A program made the position numbers and the translations under genes. Source: Macrostomum lignano (taxonomy: Eukaryota). From it: a stretch of DNA of 64,000 nucleotides. The notes under the pieces are model-generated. The model did no database searches, was not told the origin of the DNA, and worked only from the letters and a program-made list of their open reading frames with translations. The stretch covers positions 124,001 through 188,000 of the forward strand of contig NIVC01000989.1 of assembly GCA_002269645.1 (NCBI GenBank), given 5' to 3'. Positions 28,299 through 46,510 of the stretch are shown here, piece by piece (the stretch's first letter is position 1; the number at the start of each line of letters is the position of its first letter).

Positions 28299-29819
28299 AT
28301 GTCGGAGCCGACCACTTCCTGCTTTATCAAAGGCTGCACCGATCCTGTGTCTGGCACCGGTGCTCGAATACGTCAGCCACTGTGTGAAAGACATCTCGAA
28401 CAGGACAGGCACAGGGTGCGTGAGTTGCACAAGAATTTACAGGCAAAGCTGAAACCATTGCTGAAATTGCAGAAAGAATTTCGGATGCAGCAGCAAGCTC
28501 TGTCAGTTGAGCTGCAAGAGACTGAGGAGCTGTTTGAGTCGGCTGTGGACTCGCTGATGAAGTGGAAGGCAGCTGTGACAAAGCGACTGACTGAGAGACA
28601 CGACAGCGTGTTGCAGAATCTGCAGCAGTTGTCCGCTCTGCAGGAGTATGAGCGAGAAGTGACGGAAGCAGAAGAGCACAATGACTTCAATAAAATGTTT
28701 GAGATCTCTGGCGTGCTAGATATTCAGAGTGAAGAGTTGCAGATGGCAGGTGGCACGACTATTAACAAGGACTCTGAGCGAGGCACTGGAAGGACTGTGG
28801 GCGATGTGAGCGGCTGTGTGAGGGACTTACAGCTGCTAATTGACAGACACCTGAGTGATGTGATGCAGCTGTGCGAGTCAGCAGACTCACTTTGTGCAGA
28901 TCAGCCAATCTGTGAGTTTCAGACTAAAATAAAAGATCTGCCGGGTTCTCCTTTCTATGTGACATCATGCAGCAACACGCAAGACTTTTACGTGGATTCG
29001 CAGTGCAAGGTGGTCAACGGTCCGACTGACAGAGGGCTTCCACTGCCGTGTCTCTTCATTATTTTTCATCCTAATGATAAGATAAACTACCTTCTTGCCT
29101 GCTCAGTCGACGGCTTAGTGAAAGCGCAGCTACAGCTCGACATTGATGTCTCAAAAACTGTTGTAGGACTCTGCTGTGACAGCAAGCGACAGAGTCTTTA
29201 TGTTGCTCAGTTTGACGCAGTGAAGGTGACGGACCTGAGCGGCTGCGTGACGCAGGTTTTCAACTCGAGCAGCATGGGACAGCCAGTCAACCTTATTGCT
29301 TTGGCCTGCAGCTCTGACAAGATATTTACTTTGAGGAAAGGCAACCCAGAATGGTCAGTGCTGTGCATCGATAAAGACAGCGGTCAGCTGCAGACCAACA
29401 TTACCTTAGTTGGCGTCGGTCCCTCTGGTAAAGTCACCGAAGGCATGTCTGTAGTCGACAACACGCTGCTGCTCACTGACTACGAAGGTGGCAAGCTCTA
29501 CAAAGTGTGCATCGCCAGCGGTCAGCTGATCTCGACTTACCCGACCAAGCGAAGCCGTCTTGACAAGCTATCTGGACCTGTTGGTGTCGCGGCTCATCGC
29601 TCAGGTTTGCTGTTTGTCAGCGAGTGTTCAGGGCGAGTGGTTCGTTTGATGCGGAGTGACGGCACTGTGCTGCAGACTGTCGAAGTGGAATGTCAGGCTG
29701 ATGGTGGCGCTAGGAAACTTGATTCCCCTTTTGGCTTGGCGATCATTGAAGGAAGCCCCGAGCTTTTGGCCGTCACCCAGAATAACATGTCTATTAGTAT
29801 TTATAGACGGAATTTATAA
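28299..29819 (+). CDS. TRIM-NHL-like protein copy 1 (Zn knuckle, coiled coil, NHL-like beta-propeller), 506 aa, intronless CDS
   Basis: ATG at 28299 after a splice acceptor; CFIKGC...LCERH, long helical region, NHL-like blades such as [19 protein letters not shown] and [10 protein letters not shown]. Confidence 0.85.
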   Translation: MSEPTTSCFIKGCTDPVSGTGARIRQPLCERHLEQDRHRVRELHKNLQAKLKPLLKLQKEFRMQQQALSVELQETEELFESAVDSLMKWKAAVTKRLTERHDSVLQNLQQLSALQEYEREVTEAEEHNDFNKMFEISGVLDIQSEELQMAGGTTINKDSERGTGRTVGDVSGCVRDLQLLIDRHLSDVMQLCESADSLCADQPICEFQTKIKDLPGSPFYVTSCSNTQDFYVDSQCKVVNGPTDRGLPLPCLFIIFHPNDKINYLLACSVDGLVKAQLQLDIDVSKTVVGLCCDSKRQSLYVAQFDAVKVTDLSGCVTQVFNSSSMGQPVNLIALACSSDKIFTLRKGNPEWSVLCIDKDSGQLQTNITLVGVGPSGKVTEGMSVVDNTLLLTDYEGGKLYKVCIASGQLISTYPTKRSRLDKLSGPVGVAAHRSGLLFVSECSGRVVRLMRSDGTVLQTVEVECQADGGARKLDSPFGLAIIEGSPELLAVTQNNMSISIYRRNL

Positions 29820-32082
29820 TTCACATTCACAAAATCCTGCTAACTATTTGTCTATCTATTTGATACCCTTAATTTATTCTGGTTCGCAAGCATGTTACTT
29901 GGCTTAGCTATTGATGATTCTCTTTGTGTCAGTTTTTTTCTGCATTTGATTTTTCATTTTTGCTTAGTTTGTTTCCAATTTTATAATACTGCATTTTCAC
30001 GCAAGATACTATCGCTTTTGGTGATTAAAATACTCGTATGACATCAAGCAAATAACGAGAGACTCGCTATGCTTTATATGCAAATGTACCAGGATGAAGC
30101 AGAATCTCACCAGAATCGTTACATTGCTTTGCATTTGAAGTAAACTGTTCGATGTGTTTAAGGTCATTTGTAACTATTTTGAATGAGCAATCAAGCCTCT
30201 GGTCAGATTTATCACTTTTGACAAAGTAATGACGGACTGACCGTTATATTTTGGTTTGACTTGATCCATATAGTTATTTTAATCAATTGGCACAGCAGCG
30301 TTGCATGATAAGCAAATGAGGTCTCAGTTTGATTTGTGTAAAGTCTAATTTAGATCGCTAAAAAGGCGATTTTTTGGTAGGGTTTACACATTTGTGCTGA
30401 TTGCTTTTATTGTTGTAACATATTTATTGCATTTGTATGTCAGTGAATGGTTTTTGTACCTGACGAACATCTATTTTGTACTCGTAAGTTTGTATGTCGG
30501 AAATTTTTGTCGAAATAGGCATTTACGAGCGATATTATCATTTATTTCAACAAACTTTTCATACTAACGCGTGATAATAAGGTTTTTTTCTCGAGTAATT
30601 ACGAACTGCTCTCTACAGTTTATCCTGTTTTTATCTAGCCATTATCAACTCCTGAAATCTCCGATCCCACTGCAGCTACTATAACAACTTGATATGCCAT
30701 GTCACTCGCGGTTAAATTTGCTAAAAAGCAGAGCGTCTACTCTTTATTCAGTAGTTTGTGTGCGCAGAGGTACTTTAATTTGATGTGGCAGCCATAAAAT
30801 GTCATCCTCGGGTTCGCGGCCTCTCTCGCTCGCCTGCACACGCGCTGGATATGGATTTGGAAAATCAGAGGCAATAGTTGCAGCTTTAAGAACTTTAAAT
30901 ATTATGTAAAATTTAATACACTTTCATAGCGCTATCATAAAAGCAAAATAACACAAATTTACTGCAGAATAATATAAGTAAAGCGCTTTTTGTGACTGGC
31001 ATATCAAGTATCTTTGAAACCCACGGTATATTTTTGTATTCGCTTTGCATCCCGACTTATTAGCCATAATTTTCACTACTGACTAAATAAATATTGCATA
31101 TGTTGACCGTTAAAACCTAAAGCAATTTTCGTCTGGACTTATTTACCTTAGTTTAAAGACAGCTCTTAGTCTCCAAGCTTTTCAGTTGTAAAATTCAGTT
31201 GTTAAAGTCTCAACCGACCTCAAGCCATAGGAGTTTCTTATCCTCAGAAATGGTCTCATAACAGCGATCCTATTATACGGTATTCACTCATTCTTGGTGT
31301 AGACAGAGTAGAAAACTGAAGGGCTAGGCAAGTCTTGTATTGAACACCCGGTTGCATGGATACAAGTATTGATGCCATCAATACGAGCGTATTACAGTGC
31401 CATGCAAGTTAAGCTTTGCTAGTCTATTTGGCTCTTACATTTCTAAAATTAAATACATTTTTGCTTCATTATTATAAAGGCAAAATACGCAAATTTCACT
31501 ACTAAGAACTGTAGATAAGCTCTTTTTAAGTAGCATATCAAGTTTTTTGGGAATTGTGTACCTTACCGTATATTTTTGTATCCGTTTCGGGTATGACTCA
31601 ATAACTGGAATTTCTACTACTACCCTAATAAATTCTGCATATCAGCTACGTTCTCTCTTTAAATTTAGTAAAATTTTCGTCTGCAGTTATTTATAATTTT
31701 GTCCGACGAAAAAACTTAGTCGCCCAGTTTTCTGATTGTAAAATTCCCATTTTTAGGCCTTAAATTTTTAAGCAGGCCTCATTCCAAAGTCTTCTAATCA
31801 AAAAAGCTACTACGAGCGTTGCAACTTGTGAATTACACCCTCAATAGGTCACTCACACAATAAAGCATAAACTGAAATATGGCATTGTTTAGCTTGGTTA
31901 CAAAGTTGAGCCTCATTTCGATTATAACCTTTCTAACGTCTGAGCGCTTTATTAGAGTGATGAAGTCACGCTTTGCAGAGTTCAGATTTATCATCAGCTT
32001 TAGTCAGCTTTGCTTTGTGAAAAATGGCTTTCTAATTTCTGTATTAAATTCACTATAATATCATATTTTCAGTTACGACTCA

Positions 32083-33597
32083 ATGTCGAAGCCGACCACT
32101 TCCTGCTTTATCAAAGGCTGCACCGATCCTGTGTCTGGCACCGGTGCTCGAATCCGTCAGCCACTGTGTGAAAGACATCTCGAACAGGACAGGCACAGGG
32201 TGCGTGAGTTGCACAAGAATTTACAGACCAAACTGAAAACTTTGTCGGAATTGCAGAAAGAATTTCGGATACAACAGCAAGCTCTGTCAGTTGAGCTGCA
32301 AGAGACTGAGGAGCTGTTTGAGTCGGCTGTGGACTCGCTGATGAAGTGGAAGGCAGCTGTGACAAAGCGACTGACTGAGAGACACGACAGCGTGTTGCAG
32401 AATCTGCAGCAGTTGTCCGCTCTACAGGAGTATGAGCGAGAAGTGACGGAAGCAGAAAAGCACAATGACTTCAATAAGATGTTTGAAATTTCCAGCGCAT
32501 TCGATATTGAGAGTGAAGAGTTGCAGACGACGTTTGGCACGACTATTACCGAAGACTCTGAGCGAGGCACTGGAAGGACTGTGGGCGATGTGAGCGGCTG
32601 TGTGAGGGACTTGCAGCTGCTAATTGACAGACACCTGAGTGATGTGATGCAGTTGTGCGAGTCAGCAGAGCCTTTTAGTGCAGAAAAGCCTATCTGTGAG
32701 TTTCAGTCTGAAATTAAAGATCTGCCGGGTTCCCCTCTCCATGTGTCATCATGCAGCAACACGCAAGGCTTTTACGTGGATTCTCAGAGCAAGATGGTCA
32801 AGGAGGTCACTGACAGAGAGCTGCCACAGCCGTGTCTCTTTGTTAGTTTTCATCCTGAGAATAAGATAAACTACCTTCTTGCCTGCTCAGTCGACGGTTC
32901 AGTAAAAGCAGAGTTACAGCTCGACATTGATATCTCAAATACTGTCGTTGGTCTCTGCTCTGACAGCAAGCGACAGAGTCTTTATGTCGCCCAGTTTGAT
33001 GTAGTGAAAGTGACGGACCTGAGCGGCTGCGTGACGCAGGTTTTCAACTCGAGCAGCCTGGGACAGCCAGTTGACCTTATTGCTTTGGCCTGCAGCTCTG
33101 ACAAGATATTTGCTTTGAGCAAAGGCAACCCAGAATGGTCAGTGCTGTGCATCGATAAAGACAGCGGTCACCTGCAGACCAGCATAACTTTGGTTGGTGT
33201 CAGTCCCTCGGGTAAATTCATTGAGGGTATGTCTGTAGTCGACAACGCGCTGCTGCTAACCGACTGTGCCGCTGACAATCTCTACAGAATGTGCATCGCT
33301 AGCGGTCAGCTGATCTCGACCTACCCGACCAAGCGAAGTCGCCTTGATAAGTTTCGTGAAGTTGTTGCTGTCGCAGCTCATCGCTCGGGGCTGCTGTTTG
33401 TCAGCGAAGGGCATGTGGTTCGTGTGATGCGCAGTGACGGCATTGTGCTGCAGTCCGTGGAAATCGGGGGTCAGTCTGGCAGTGGCGGAAGAAAACATGA
33501 TTACCCTTTCGGCTTGGCGATCATCGAAGGAAGCTCCAAGCTGCTGGCGGTGTGTCAGGATGCAAAGGCAATTGGCATTTATAAGCTTACTGTGTAA
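32083..33597 (+). CDS. TRIM-NHL-like protein copy 2, 504 aa
   Basis: Full ORF paralogous to copy 1. Confidence 0.85.
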   Translation: MSKPTTSCFIKGCTDPVSGTGARIRQPLCERHLEQDRHRVRELHKNLQTKLKTLSELQKEFRIQQQALSVELQETEELFESAVDSLMKWKAAVTKRLTERHDSVLQNLQQLSALQEYEREVTEAEKHNDFNKMFEISSAFDIESEELQTTFGTTITEDSERGTGRTVGDVSGCVRDLQLLIDRHLSDVMQLCESAEPFSAEKPICEFQSEIKDLPGSPLHVSSCSNTQGFYVDSQSKMVKEVTDRELPQPCLFVSFHPENKINYLLACSVDGSVKAELQLDIDISNTVVGLCSDSKRQSLYVAQFDVVKVTDLSGCVTQVFNSSSLGQPVDLIALACSSDKIFALSKGNPEWSVLCIDKDSGHLQTSITLVGVSPSGKFIEGMSVVDNALLLTDCAADNLYRMCIASGQLISTYPTKRSRLDKFREVVAVAAHRSGLLFVSEGHVVRVMRSDGIVLQSVEIGGQSGSGGRKHDYPFGLAIIEGSSKLLAVCQDAKAIGIYKLTV

Positions 33598-34398
33598 TTT
33601 TACCAGTGCGGCTGGAAGTTGCGGTGGCGATCATTGAATGAAGCCGTAATCTGCTGGCCGTCACCTAGGGTAACATTTCTGTTTGTGTATCCCGGCGCAT
33701 TATATACATGTAAGTCTTCTGTGAAATCATACAAACTTTATTTTTTTGCTCATAGCTAATCATGTCTCGCTCGCCTTAGCTGTTAAGGAGTCTGTTTTCC
33801 AGTTTTGGTTTCCATAATTGTTTTTTTTGCGTTTAGTTTGCTTGCAATTATATGATGCAGCATTTTTGCACAAGCTCTTATCGTTTTTGGCGATTCGAAC
33901 AAGACTTCAGACAAACAATGCGAGATTCCCTATGCTTTATATGCAAGTGTACCATGGTGAGGGTGAATCTAACCAGTGTATGCATATCTACTGCTGGACC
34001 TTGAAAAGTCTTCACTCTGATCTAGTGAGCCATTTTTCTCCGATCTCAACTACAAGTTACGCAACTGACATCCCGCGCGGTTAGCCGTATTATTCAATTG
34101 CACACTAAATGAAAGCCGCCTCAGAGCCCAGGCAATTCCGTTAGTCAATTGGCAAATCATTGATTGCATGACCAACAATTCGAGTCTCAGTTTGTGATTT
34201 TTCTAAAGTTTTTTTGTTCGAGTGTCAGTGTCAAAGTCTCCAAATTTTCTAAAATCGCTAATAAAGTGTTTTGTATCTGTTATGGTTTACTCAACAGTGC
34301 TGATTACTTTATGCTTGCAGCACATTTATTGCTTTTCTGTGTCAAATAGTGATTTTTATCGCCGACGAGTATCTACTTTGCGCTGTTGCACTCCTAAG

Positions 34399-35418
34399 TG
34401 AAATAGTTTGGGTTTCTTCCCGGTTAGGCACTTAAGATTACCTTAAGTCTCGAGCCTCTTCAGAGGGAAGTTCTCTCAAATCTCAGTAGCGTAGGTAGTT
34501 CTGCCACCAGTTCCTTCAGGTCTCGGCCTTCGGTGAGGTGAGCTTCCCTTCGGAACGAAATAATGAAGTCAACGAACACAGCACAGCGTGCAGATTTAAA
34601 GCGCAACGAATAAGGCGTCTCGTCAGCAGTACCTGCCGGGCTAGGATGGTAGAGGGAGGGCTGAGTTAGCCTCTCGTAAACTTGGGCTGGCTTGGTCGGG
34701 CTTCAGTCGGAGCAATAAGAATAGAATCAATGTACGCAAAGACTCGAACACTCAGGACTTGGTCACACGCGAACGTGGAACTCGATGTTGGACAGAACAG
34801 ACACCAAGCAGAAACTGACACAAAGCTGAAAACTCCTTGACGGTAACAAGGGGGAGAGGGCTCCTATTTATAGCCGGGAAACACCCGCGCTCAAGACCTC
34901 GTGACTTGTTCTATTTTTAGAACTGACGTCACTCGAGAGTTCCGGGCAGGGTACAAGCGCGCGGGAGACCTCGTGACTTATTCTATTTTTGGAACTGACA
35001 TCACTTGAGGTCCCTGGCCAGAGTACACGCGGCTGTGACTCAGTTGCTATTTTTAGCAACATGAGTCACTCCTTTCCTTAGAGAAGGGAGGGGTCCGAAA
35101 GCACGTGACTCACCCGGTAAACAGGGCCAACGAGTGCAGTAAACATGTTTACTGCACTTTAAGACTCAAAGAACGCAAGAACTGTCATGTGACTTGCTCA
35201 CAAGACAGGGAAAACGGGACGGGAGCGAAACAGAGACAGCCCACGGTCGAGAGACTGCGGGCTGAGAACGGAAACGCAGCAGGGCGGAAAGGGACACAGG
35301 GGCAACAGGCAAGCGAAAGGAGGGCGGGAAGCTGACCAGCGGCAGACAGCAACCCAAAGGGAGGGCAAGGGAACGGCTGACTAGGGCGACGCCTAACCAA
35401 AACTAGCGGCTCACTACA
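34399..35418 (-). mobile_element. Solo LTR (1020 bp) with 4 bp TSD TAAG, probably Gypsy-type
   Basis: TG...CA termini; taag at 34395-34398 and 35419-35422; TATAAATA on the minus strand at 34865-34872; the flanks rejoin to match the uninterrupted homologous spacer after copy 4 (about 47890-47940). Confidence 0.75.
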
Positions 35419-36553
35419 TAAGTTTTGATGACTGAAATATTCCACGATATAAGTGTTTATATTAGGATTTAGAAAGCTTAATTCTAACCCACGTTAAAAA
35501 AGTTTGATTCCTATTAATGCATTTTTCGGTAATGAGGAATCGCTGCACTTCATCCTGTTCTATCCAGCTGTTTTCGACTCCTGAAATATCCGATCCCACC
35601 GCAGATGCCAGAACAACTGTTATGCCACTCAAAATTAAGTTTGTAAAATACTAGAGCGTCTACTGTATATTCAGTAGATTGTCTGCGCAGTGTCATTAAA
35701 ATTTAATAGCGGCAGCAGCTTTAAGTCCTCTCCTTTTTCTTGGATAACGGCCTCAGAAGCGTATGGGGGTTAAGAATGAGCAAAAAGCATTTAACTCGAT
35801 GTATACAAGTGAACGCAAGCTGGACGAAACTCAGCCTGGGGGGCAGGCCCAATCTAGCTCAGCCAATGAGAAGGCAGTAAGGAGGGAGGTCAGACACAAG
35901 TGGGCAGGATTAAACCCAAACTGTTTATTAGCCTGACTGTGGGCTGGGGCGCCACCCTTTTCTTTCTTGCTCGCTACTTATGAAAAAGCCAGCGACGTTT
36001 GTTGCAGCTTCAAAAACTATATATTTTCAAAAGTTGAATTGATTTTGACTGCACTATTATGAAGGCAAAATATGCAAATTTAATTGATAAAAAGAGTAGA
36101 TACGCTCTATTTGCGTGGCTTATCCAGTTATTTTCGTATCTCTGGATCCGACTGCATGTTTTGTATCAGTTTTGCATCTTCACACATCAACCAGAATTTT
36201 TTACTGCCTAAATACATGGTGCCTATTTGCGCTACTTTGGCTCTTCAAACTGGAAACAATTTTCGTCTGCAATTCTTTATTTTAGTGTAGAGAAAAAAAA
36301 TTGCAAGCTCTTCTGATTGTAAAATTCCGTGTTGAAGTGACCGTGTAGTTGTGACCTTATAGTTGTGACCTTAAAGTTGTGACCACCGTATGATTTTGAC
36401 CATATTTCGGTTGTGATTGAGCTATGTTTGGTTCTTGGAGGTTTTAATACGTAAATTAAATATTGGCCTAGAATATGCCAGTGTTATATAAAAAAAATCT
36501 TTTCATTCTCACAATGCAGTATATTAGCAAAAATCTATTCTAATTGCAGAAAA

Positions 36554-38071
36554 ATGGCGGAGCTGGGCACTTCCTGCTTTATCAAAGGCTGCACCGATCC
36601 TGTGTCTGGCACCAGTGCTCGAATCCGTCAGCCACTGTGTGAAAGACATCTCGAACAGGACAGGCACAGGGTGCGTGAGTTGCACAAGAATTTACAGACC
36701 AAACTGAAAACTTTGTCGAAATTTCAAAAAGAATTTCGGATGCAGCAGCAAGCTCTGTCAGTTGAGCTGCAAGAGACTGAGGAGCTGTTTGAGTCGGCTG
36801 TGGACTCGCTGATGAAGTGGAAGGCAGCTGTGACAAAGCGACTGACTGAGAGACACGACAGCGTGTTGCAGAATCTGCAGCAGTTGTCCGCTCTGCAGGA
36901 GTATGAGCGAGAAGTGACGGAAGCAGAAGAGCACAATGACTTCAATAAGATGTTTGAGATTTCCGGCGCGTTAGATATCAATTGTGAAGAGTTACAGACG
37001 ACGTGCGACATAAGTATAACCGAAGACTCTGAGCGAGGCACTGGAAGGACTGTGGGTGATGTGAGCGGCTGTGTGAGAGACTTGCAGCTGCTGATTGACA
37101 GACACCTGAGTGATGTGATGCAGCTGTGCGAGTCAGCAGAGTCACTTTGTGCAGATCAGCCAATCTGTGAGTTTCAGTCTGAAATAAAAGATCTGCCGGG
37201 TTCTCCTTTCTATGTGACATCATGCAGCAACACCCAAGGCTTTTATGTGGACTCTCAGAGCAAGGTGGTCAAGGAGACCACTGACAGAGAGCTGCCACAG
37301 CCGTGTCTCTTCTTCAGTTTTCATCCTAATGATAAGCTAAACTATCTTTCCGCATACTCGGTAGACGGCAAAGTAAAGGCAAAAATTCAGCTCGACATTG
37401 ATATCTCAAAACCTGTCGCTGGACTCTGCTGTGACAGCAAACAACAGACACTTTATGTTGCTGAGTATCGCACATTAAAGGTGACGGACCTGAGCGGCTA
37501 CGTGACGCAGGTTTTCAACACGATCAGCCTAGAACAGCGAGTCAGATTTTTTGCTTTGGCCTGCAGCTCTGACAAAATATTTGCTTTAAGCAAAGGCAAA
37601 CCAGAATGGTCAGTGCTGTGCATCGATAAAGACAGCGGTCAGCTGCAGACCAAAATTACTTTAATTGGTGTCGGTCCCTGTGGTAAAGTCACTGAGGGCA
37701 TTTCTGTAGTCGACAACACGCTGCTGCTCACCGACTATGAAGGTGACAAGCTCTACAAAGTGTGCATCGCAAGCGGTCAGCTGATCTCGACCTACCCGAC
37801 CAAGCGAAGTCGTTTCGACAAGCTTTGTGGACCTGCTGATGTCGTGGCTCATCTCTCGGGTCTGCTGTTTGTCAGCGAGTGTGATGGGCATGTGGTTCGT
37901 GTGATGCGGAGTGACGGCACTGTGCTGCAGACTGTCGAAGTCGGGGGTCAGGCAGGCAGTGGCAGAAAAATTGGCGACCCATTTGGCTTGGCGATCATCG
38001 AAGGAAGCCCCAAGCTGCTGGCTGTCACACAGAGTAACATGTCTGTTTGTATTTATAAAGTGATGATATGA
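36554..38071 (+). CDS. TRIM-NHL-like protein copy 3, 505 aa
   Basis: Full ORF paralogous to copy 1. Confidence 0.85.
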   Translation: MAELGTSCFIKGCTDPVSGTSARIRQPLCERHLEQDRHRVRELHKNLQTKLKTLSKFQKEFRMQQQALSVELQETEELFESAVDSLMKWKAAVTKRLTERHDSVLQNLQQLSALQEYEREVTEAEEHNDFNKMFEISGALDINCEELQTTCDISITEDSERGTGRTVGDVSGCVRDLQLLIDRHLSDVMQLCESAESLCADQPICEFQSEIKDLPGSPFYVTSCSNTQGFYVDSQSKVVKETTDRELPQPCLFFSFHPNDKLNYLSAYSVDGKVKAKIQLDIDISKPVAGLCCDSKQQTLYVAEYRTLKVTDLSGYVTQVFNTISLEQRVRFFALACSSDKIFALSKGKPEWSVLCIDKDSGQLQTKITLIGVGPCGKVTEGISVVDNTLLLTDYEGDKLYKVCIASGQLISTYPTKRSRFDKLCGPADVVAHLSGLLFVSECDGHVVRVMRSDGTVLQTVEVGGQAGSGRKIGDPFGLAIIEGSPKLLAVTQSNMSVCIYKVMI

Positions 38072-40156
38072 CTCTCTTTTGCGATATCCTACTAACTGTT
38101 TAGTCTTTTTGTTCTGGTAACTAATCCTGGCTCGTTCGCCAGTTTGGTTTTGCTGTTAATGATTCTGTTTTAATCTGTTTTGCTTTTTTATAGTTGGTCA
38201 ATTTACGAGTAACTGTTGCATTTATTTCGTTTTGCAATTATATGATGCAGCATTTTTTTCGCTAGCAATTATCGCTTGTTGCGATTCGAATATGACTTTG
38301 GATAAACAGGGGAGACTTGCTATGCTTCATATGCATGTGTACCAGGAAGAGGGTAAATATCACCAGCGTATCAAGCCTTATTGACCGAAATGTTTAAGGT
38401 CATTTGCAAACAATTACAGTGGGCAAGCAACCGTTAGACAGATTTGTCGCTGCTAGTCATGACCACGAGCTGACCATCTTTTTTTAGGTTGACTTAATCG
38501 AGACAATTCTTCTAGTCAATTGTCAAACCAGCGTTGCATGATGAGCATAAGAAGTCTCAGTTTGATTTTTGGCAAGTCTAATTTAGATCGTTGATAAAGC
38601 GATTTGGTTTGTTTATTCAGTAGTGCTGATAACTTTTTTGCTTGTAGGTTGTAACATATTTATTGCATTTGCATGTCTGATTTTCGTACGTGACAAATAT
38701 CCGTTTTGTAGTCGTTTGTTGGTATGCCTAAAATATTTCACGAATTTTATGTATTTATATTGACATATGGAAAACTTTTTATATGGTCATAATATATGTT
38801 TCCAATTCATACATGTTTTCGATAGTCACGAGTTGCTGTCTACAGTTCATCCTGTTTTTATCTGGCTACTCGTATTAACGACTCCTGAAATCTCTGGTCC
38901 CACCACAGATTCTAGAATAAATAAATATGCCACTCGCAGTAAATATGTTAAAAAGTAGAATTTCTATATTTTATTCAGCTGTTTGTTCGTGCAGCGTCAC
39001 TAAAATTTATTTTGGTAGCTAAAATTTATTTTCCTTCCTCAGGATCATATGGAGTTAAAATGAATAACAAGCATTTAACTCAGTGTTCAGAAGTCAACAC
39101 AAGATAGATGAAACTCAACTTAGCGGGCAGGCGAAATCTGGCTCAGCCAATGAAAGTGCAGCAAGGAGAGAGATCAAAGTCAGACTGACGAAACCCAGCC
39201 TATGGGGGAAAGTCCAATCTAGCCCAGCCAATAAGAGAGAAGTAAGGACTATGAGTGAGATCAAAGTCAGACACAAGCACTCAAGATTAAATCCAAACTG
39301 TTTACCCGCCTGACTGTGGGCTGAGGTGCCATTCCTTCTTCTCTCTTCCTCGCTATGCAAACGGACTGGATTTGGGTCTTCTTTTAAATTTGTGTTTCAG
39401 CTTTAATAGCTTTTGTTATTTTGTAAAGGTAAATGAAGTTTTACTTCACTATTACAAAGACAAAATACGTAAATCTCACTACTAAAATAGCAGGCAAGCG
39501 CATTTTGTGGGTGGTATATCTAGTTATTGTAGTGTCTTTGAATCCCACCACATTTTTGTATTCGTTTTGCGTTTTTACTCATTAACGAGCATTTCTACTA
39601 CTGTATAAATAAATGGTGCATATCTTCGCTATGTTAGCTCTTAAAATTTAAAACAGCGTTTTATCTGCTGTTATTCTTTAGTCTAAGCACAAAACTTAGT
39701 CCCCTAGCTTTCCAGTCAAAATATTCCCATTTTTAAAGTCTCATTTTTTAGAAATAGGCTCATACAGCAATCCACAATATTTATTCCTTATTAATGCTGA
39801 CAAAGTAGGAAACTGAAGAGCAAAGCGAGAACACTCCTAAACTCCCAGTGCCACGGATACAGGTATTCCTACTACGAGCTATTAATACCAAAGTACCATG
39901 CAAGGTAAAATTCCTCTTTGTATCTGGCTTTCACTGCAGAATTAAAGTTTTTGTACGCAAGCACATTTATATGCTTCAAAGCAACTTTAAAGCATGTGAA
40001 TTAACCTCCTAGTGAACTGTAGTTTTTAATTATTTTTATTTGGCTTCGTTTCAAAGTTCGGTCCCATTCTGATTATGTTGTTAGAGTAATGAAATCAGAA
40101 TTTGCAGATTTCAGAATTATTATTCACACAAGTCAGCTCTGAAATTTCTGTATTAA

Positions 40157-41149
<993 letters not shown>

Positions 41150-41296
41150 TAGCCGGGGAGTTTCTCGGTTGCTAGCGGTCGGGCCGGTACGGGCTTAAGC
41201 CACCCCCCGGTCGCTACCTCTTGGCCTGGTTGTTGGGTTTGGGGTTACGGCCCAGCGGCTTCTCACCTTTAGTCCCCACTCGCCTTTCAGCGACTC

Positions 41297-42762
41297 ATGG
41301 AGTATTCACTTACCTCCGACACGTCCGAGGCTGCTGGAGCACCAACCGAGGTTGGCACCGCGGCCCAGCCGGACATTCGCAACACCGGAACCCCCGGTGC
41401 CTCTCAATCTGCCGCTGCCGCCGCTCAGGATAATACCGGAGTGGCTGGACAAGACAGCGGACCTCAGATTTCAAAAAAGAAGGCCCGTAGCATTGCTCGC
41501 TACAAAGCCTTTCTCCAGCGCAAAGCGGAGGAACGGAGGAATGCGAAAGCCGCCCCTCCGGCCACCTCTGAGGAGGGTGCCGGTAACTCTGCGAACTCCG
41601 CGGAGGAGCCGACATCCGACAAGGGGGTGGACCCCGCGCGCCGGTCTGATGCGTCAGGTGCCGCCGAAGCTCCTGGTGCGGCTGGCCCCTCCCGTGACCG
41701 GACCTCTGCCCGTGTGGAAGCTCCCACGGCCGTGGAGGGATCCAAAGCGGGGGGCGCTGGCCAAACCACAAAGCCGAAGCGAACCTACGCGGCTATGGCC
41801 AAAAGGCAGCCGGCCCTGGTTATCCAAGGCCAGGAGACGCCTCTTACGGCCGAACAGCTCGACCTTATCTGGCGCAGGTTGGACTCCCACCTGGTCAAGA
41901 TGGCCTTGAGCGGCACTACCATTCGAGTCCAAAAGACGAAAGTCGAGGACCAAGCCCTCTATATCCAGCCCACCGACAGCCAGTCAGGACAGCAGCTCCT
42001 CGAGCTGCTGAAAACCTTCGACTGGGGTACGGAGCTGGAGAACCTGTTCATCTACAGGGAGGACGAGCGACCCCGGACACACCGGCACCGTGCCTGGATC
42101 CCGGCTCGCAGCTGCATCACCAAGGCCGACGAGCTGCGTCACCTGCTAGTGGCTTCCAACCCGGAGCTACCGGCCAACGGTGTCGTAGTTCACGAGACCA
42201 TCTCCAAGCCAGGCGGAGACGGTTTCACGGCCATTCTTTGACTGTCGGATAGCTGGATGCTCCGCTACCCGGACATGTCCATCATCTCTGTCGGGCTGTT
42301 GCAGATTCAGCTCTTTAGCTTTGAGTCTGACGCCACCCGCCCACCGCCCCCGGAGAAGCGTAAGCGGGCAGTCGGGGGCTCTGCCGGGCGGAAACGCCCA
42401 GGAAAAGAAGCTCCCGGCCGTCACGAACCCTCCGAGGACATGGACCCTGTCAGAGGGAAAGCCGCGAAAGCTGCAGCAACAGGCGGACGTGGGAAGGGCC
42501 GGAAACCCGCCCGGAACACTATCCGCTCTGGTCTGACTCAGCGCGCGAAACAGCTGCTGGACACCGCCAAGGCCCCCAACCGCAGCCACCCCCAGCCCAG
42601 TGTCACCACTGCGGCCCCCCCGGAAAACCGGGCCGAGAGCGAGAATGCCGCCCAGGTAGCGACCCCGCCCTCGACCATGGAATCCATCCGGGAGGAGCCC
42701 ATGGAGCTGGAGCCTGGAGCTATCGGCGAGGCAGAAGAGGCAGCTCTCCTGCACAACTCGCC

Positions 42763-42766
<4 letters not shown>
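41297..42766 (+). CDS. Retrotransposon ORF1 (~489 codons) with one in-frame TGA at 42239-42241
   Basis: ORFs 41297-42241 and 42257-42766 share one frame; the central region (RAWIP...LVASNPEL) resembles, from memory, the DUF4780-type ORF1 of LOA elements. Confidence 0.7.
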
Positions 42767-46510
<3,744 letters not shown>

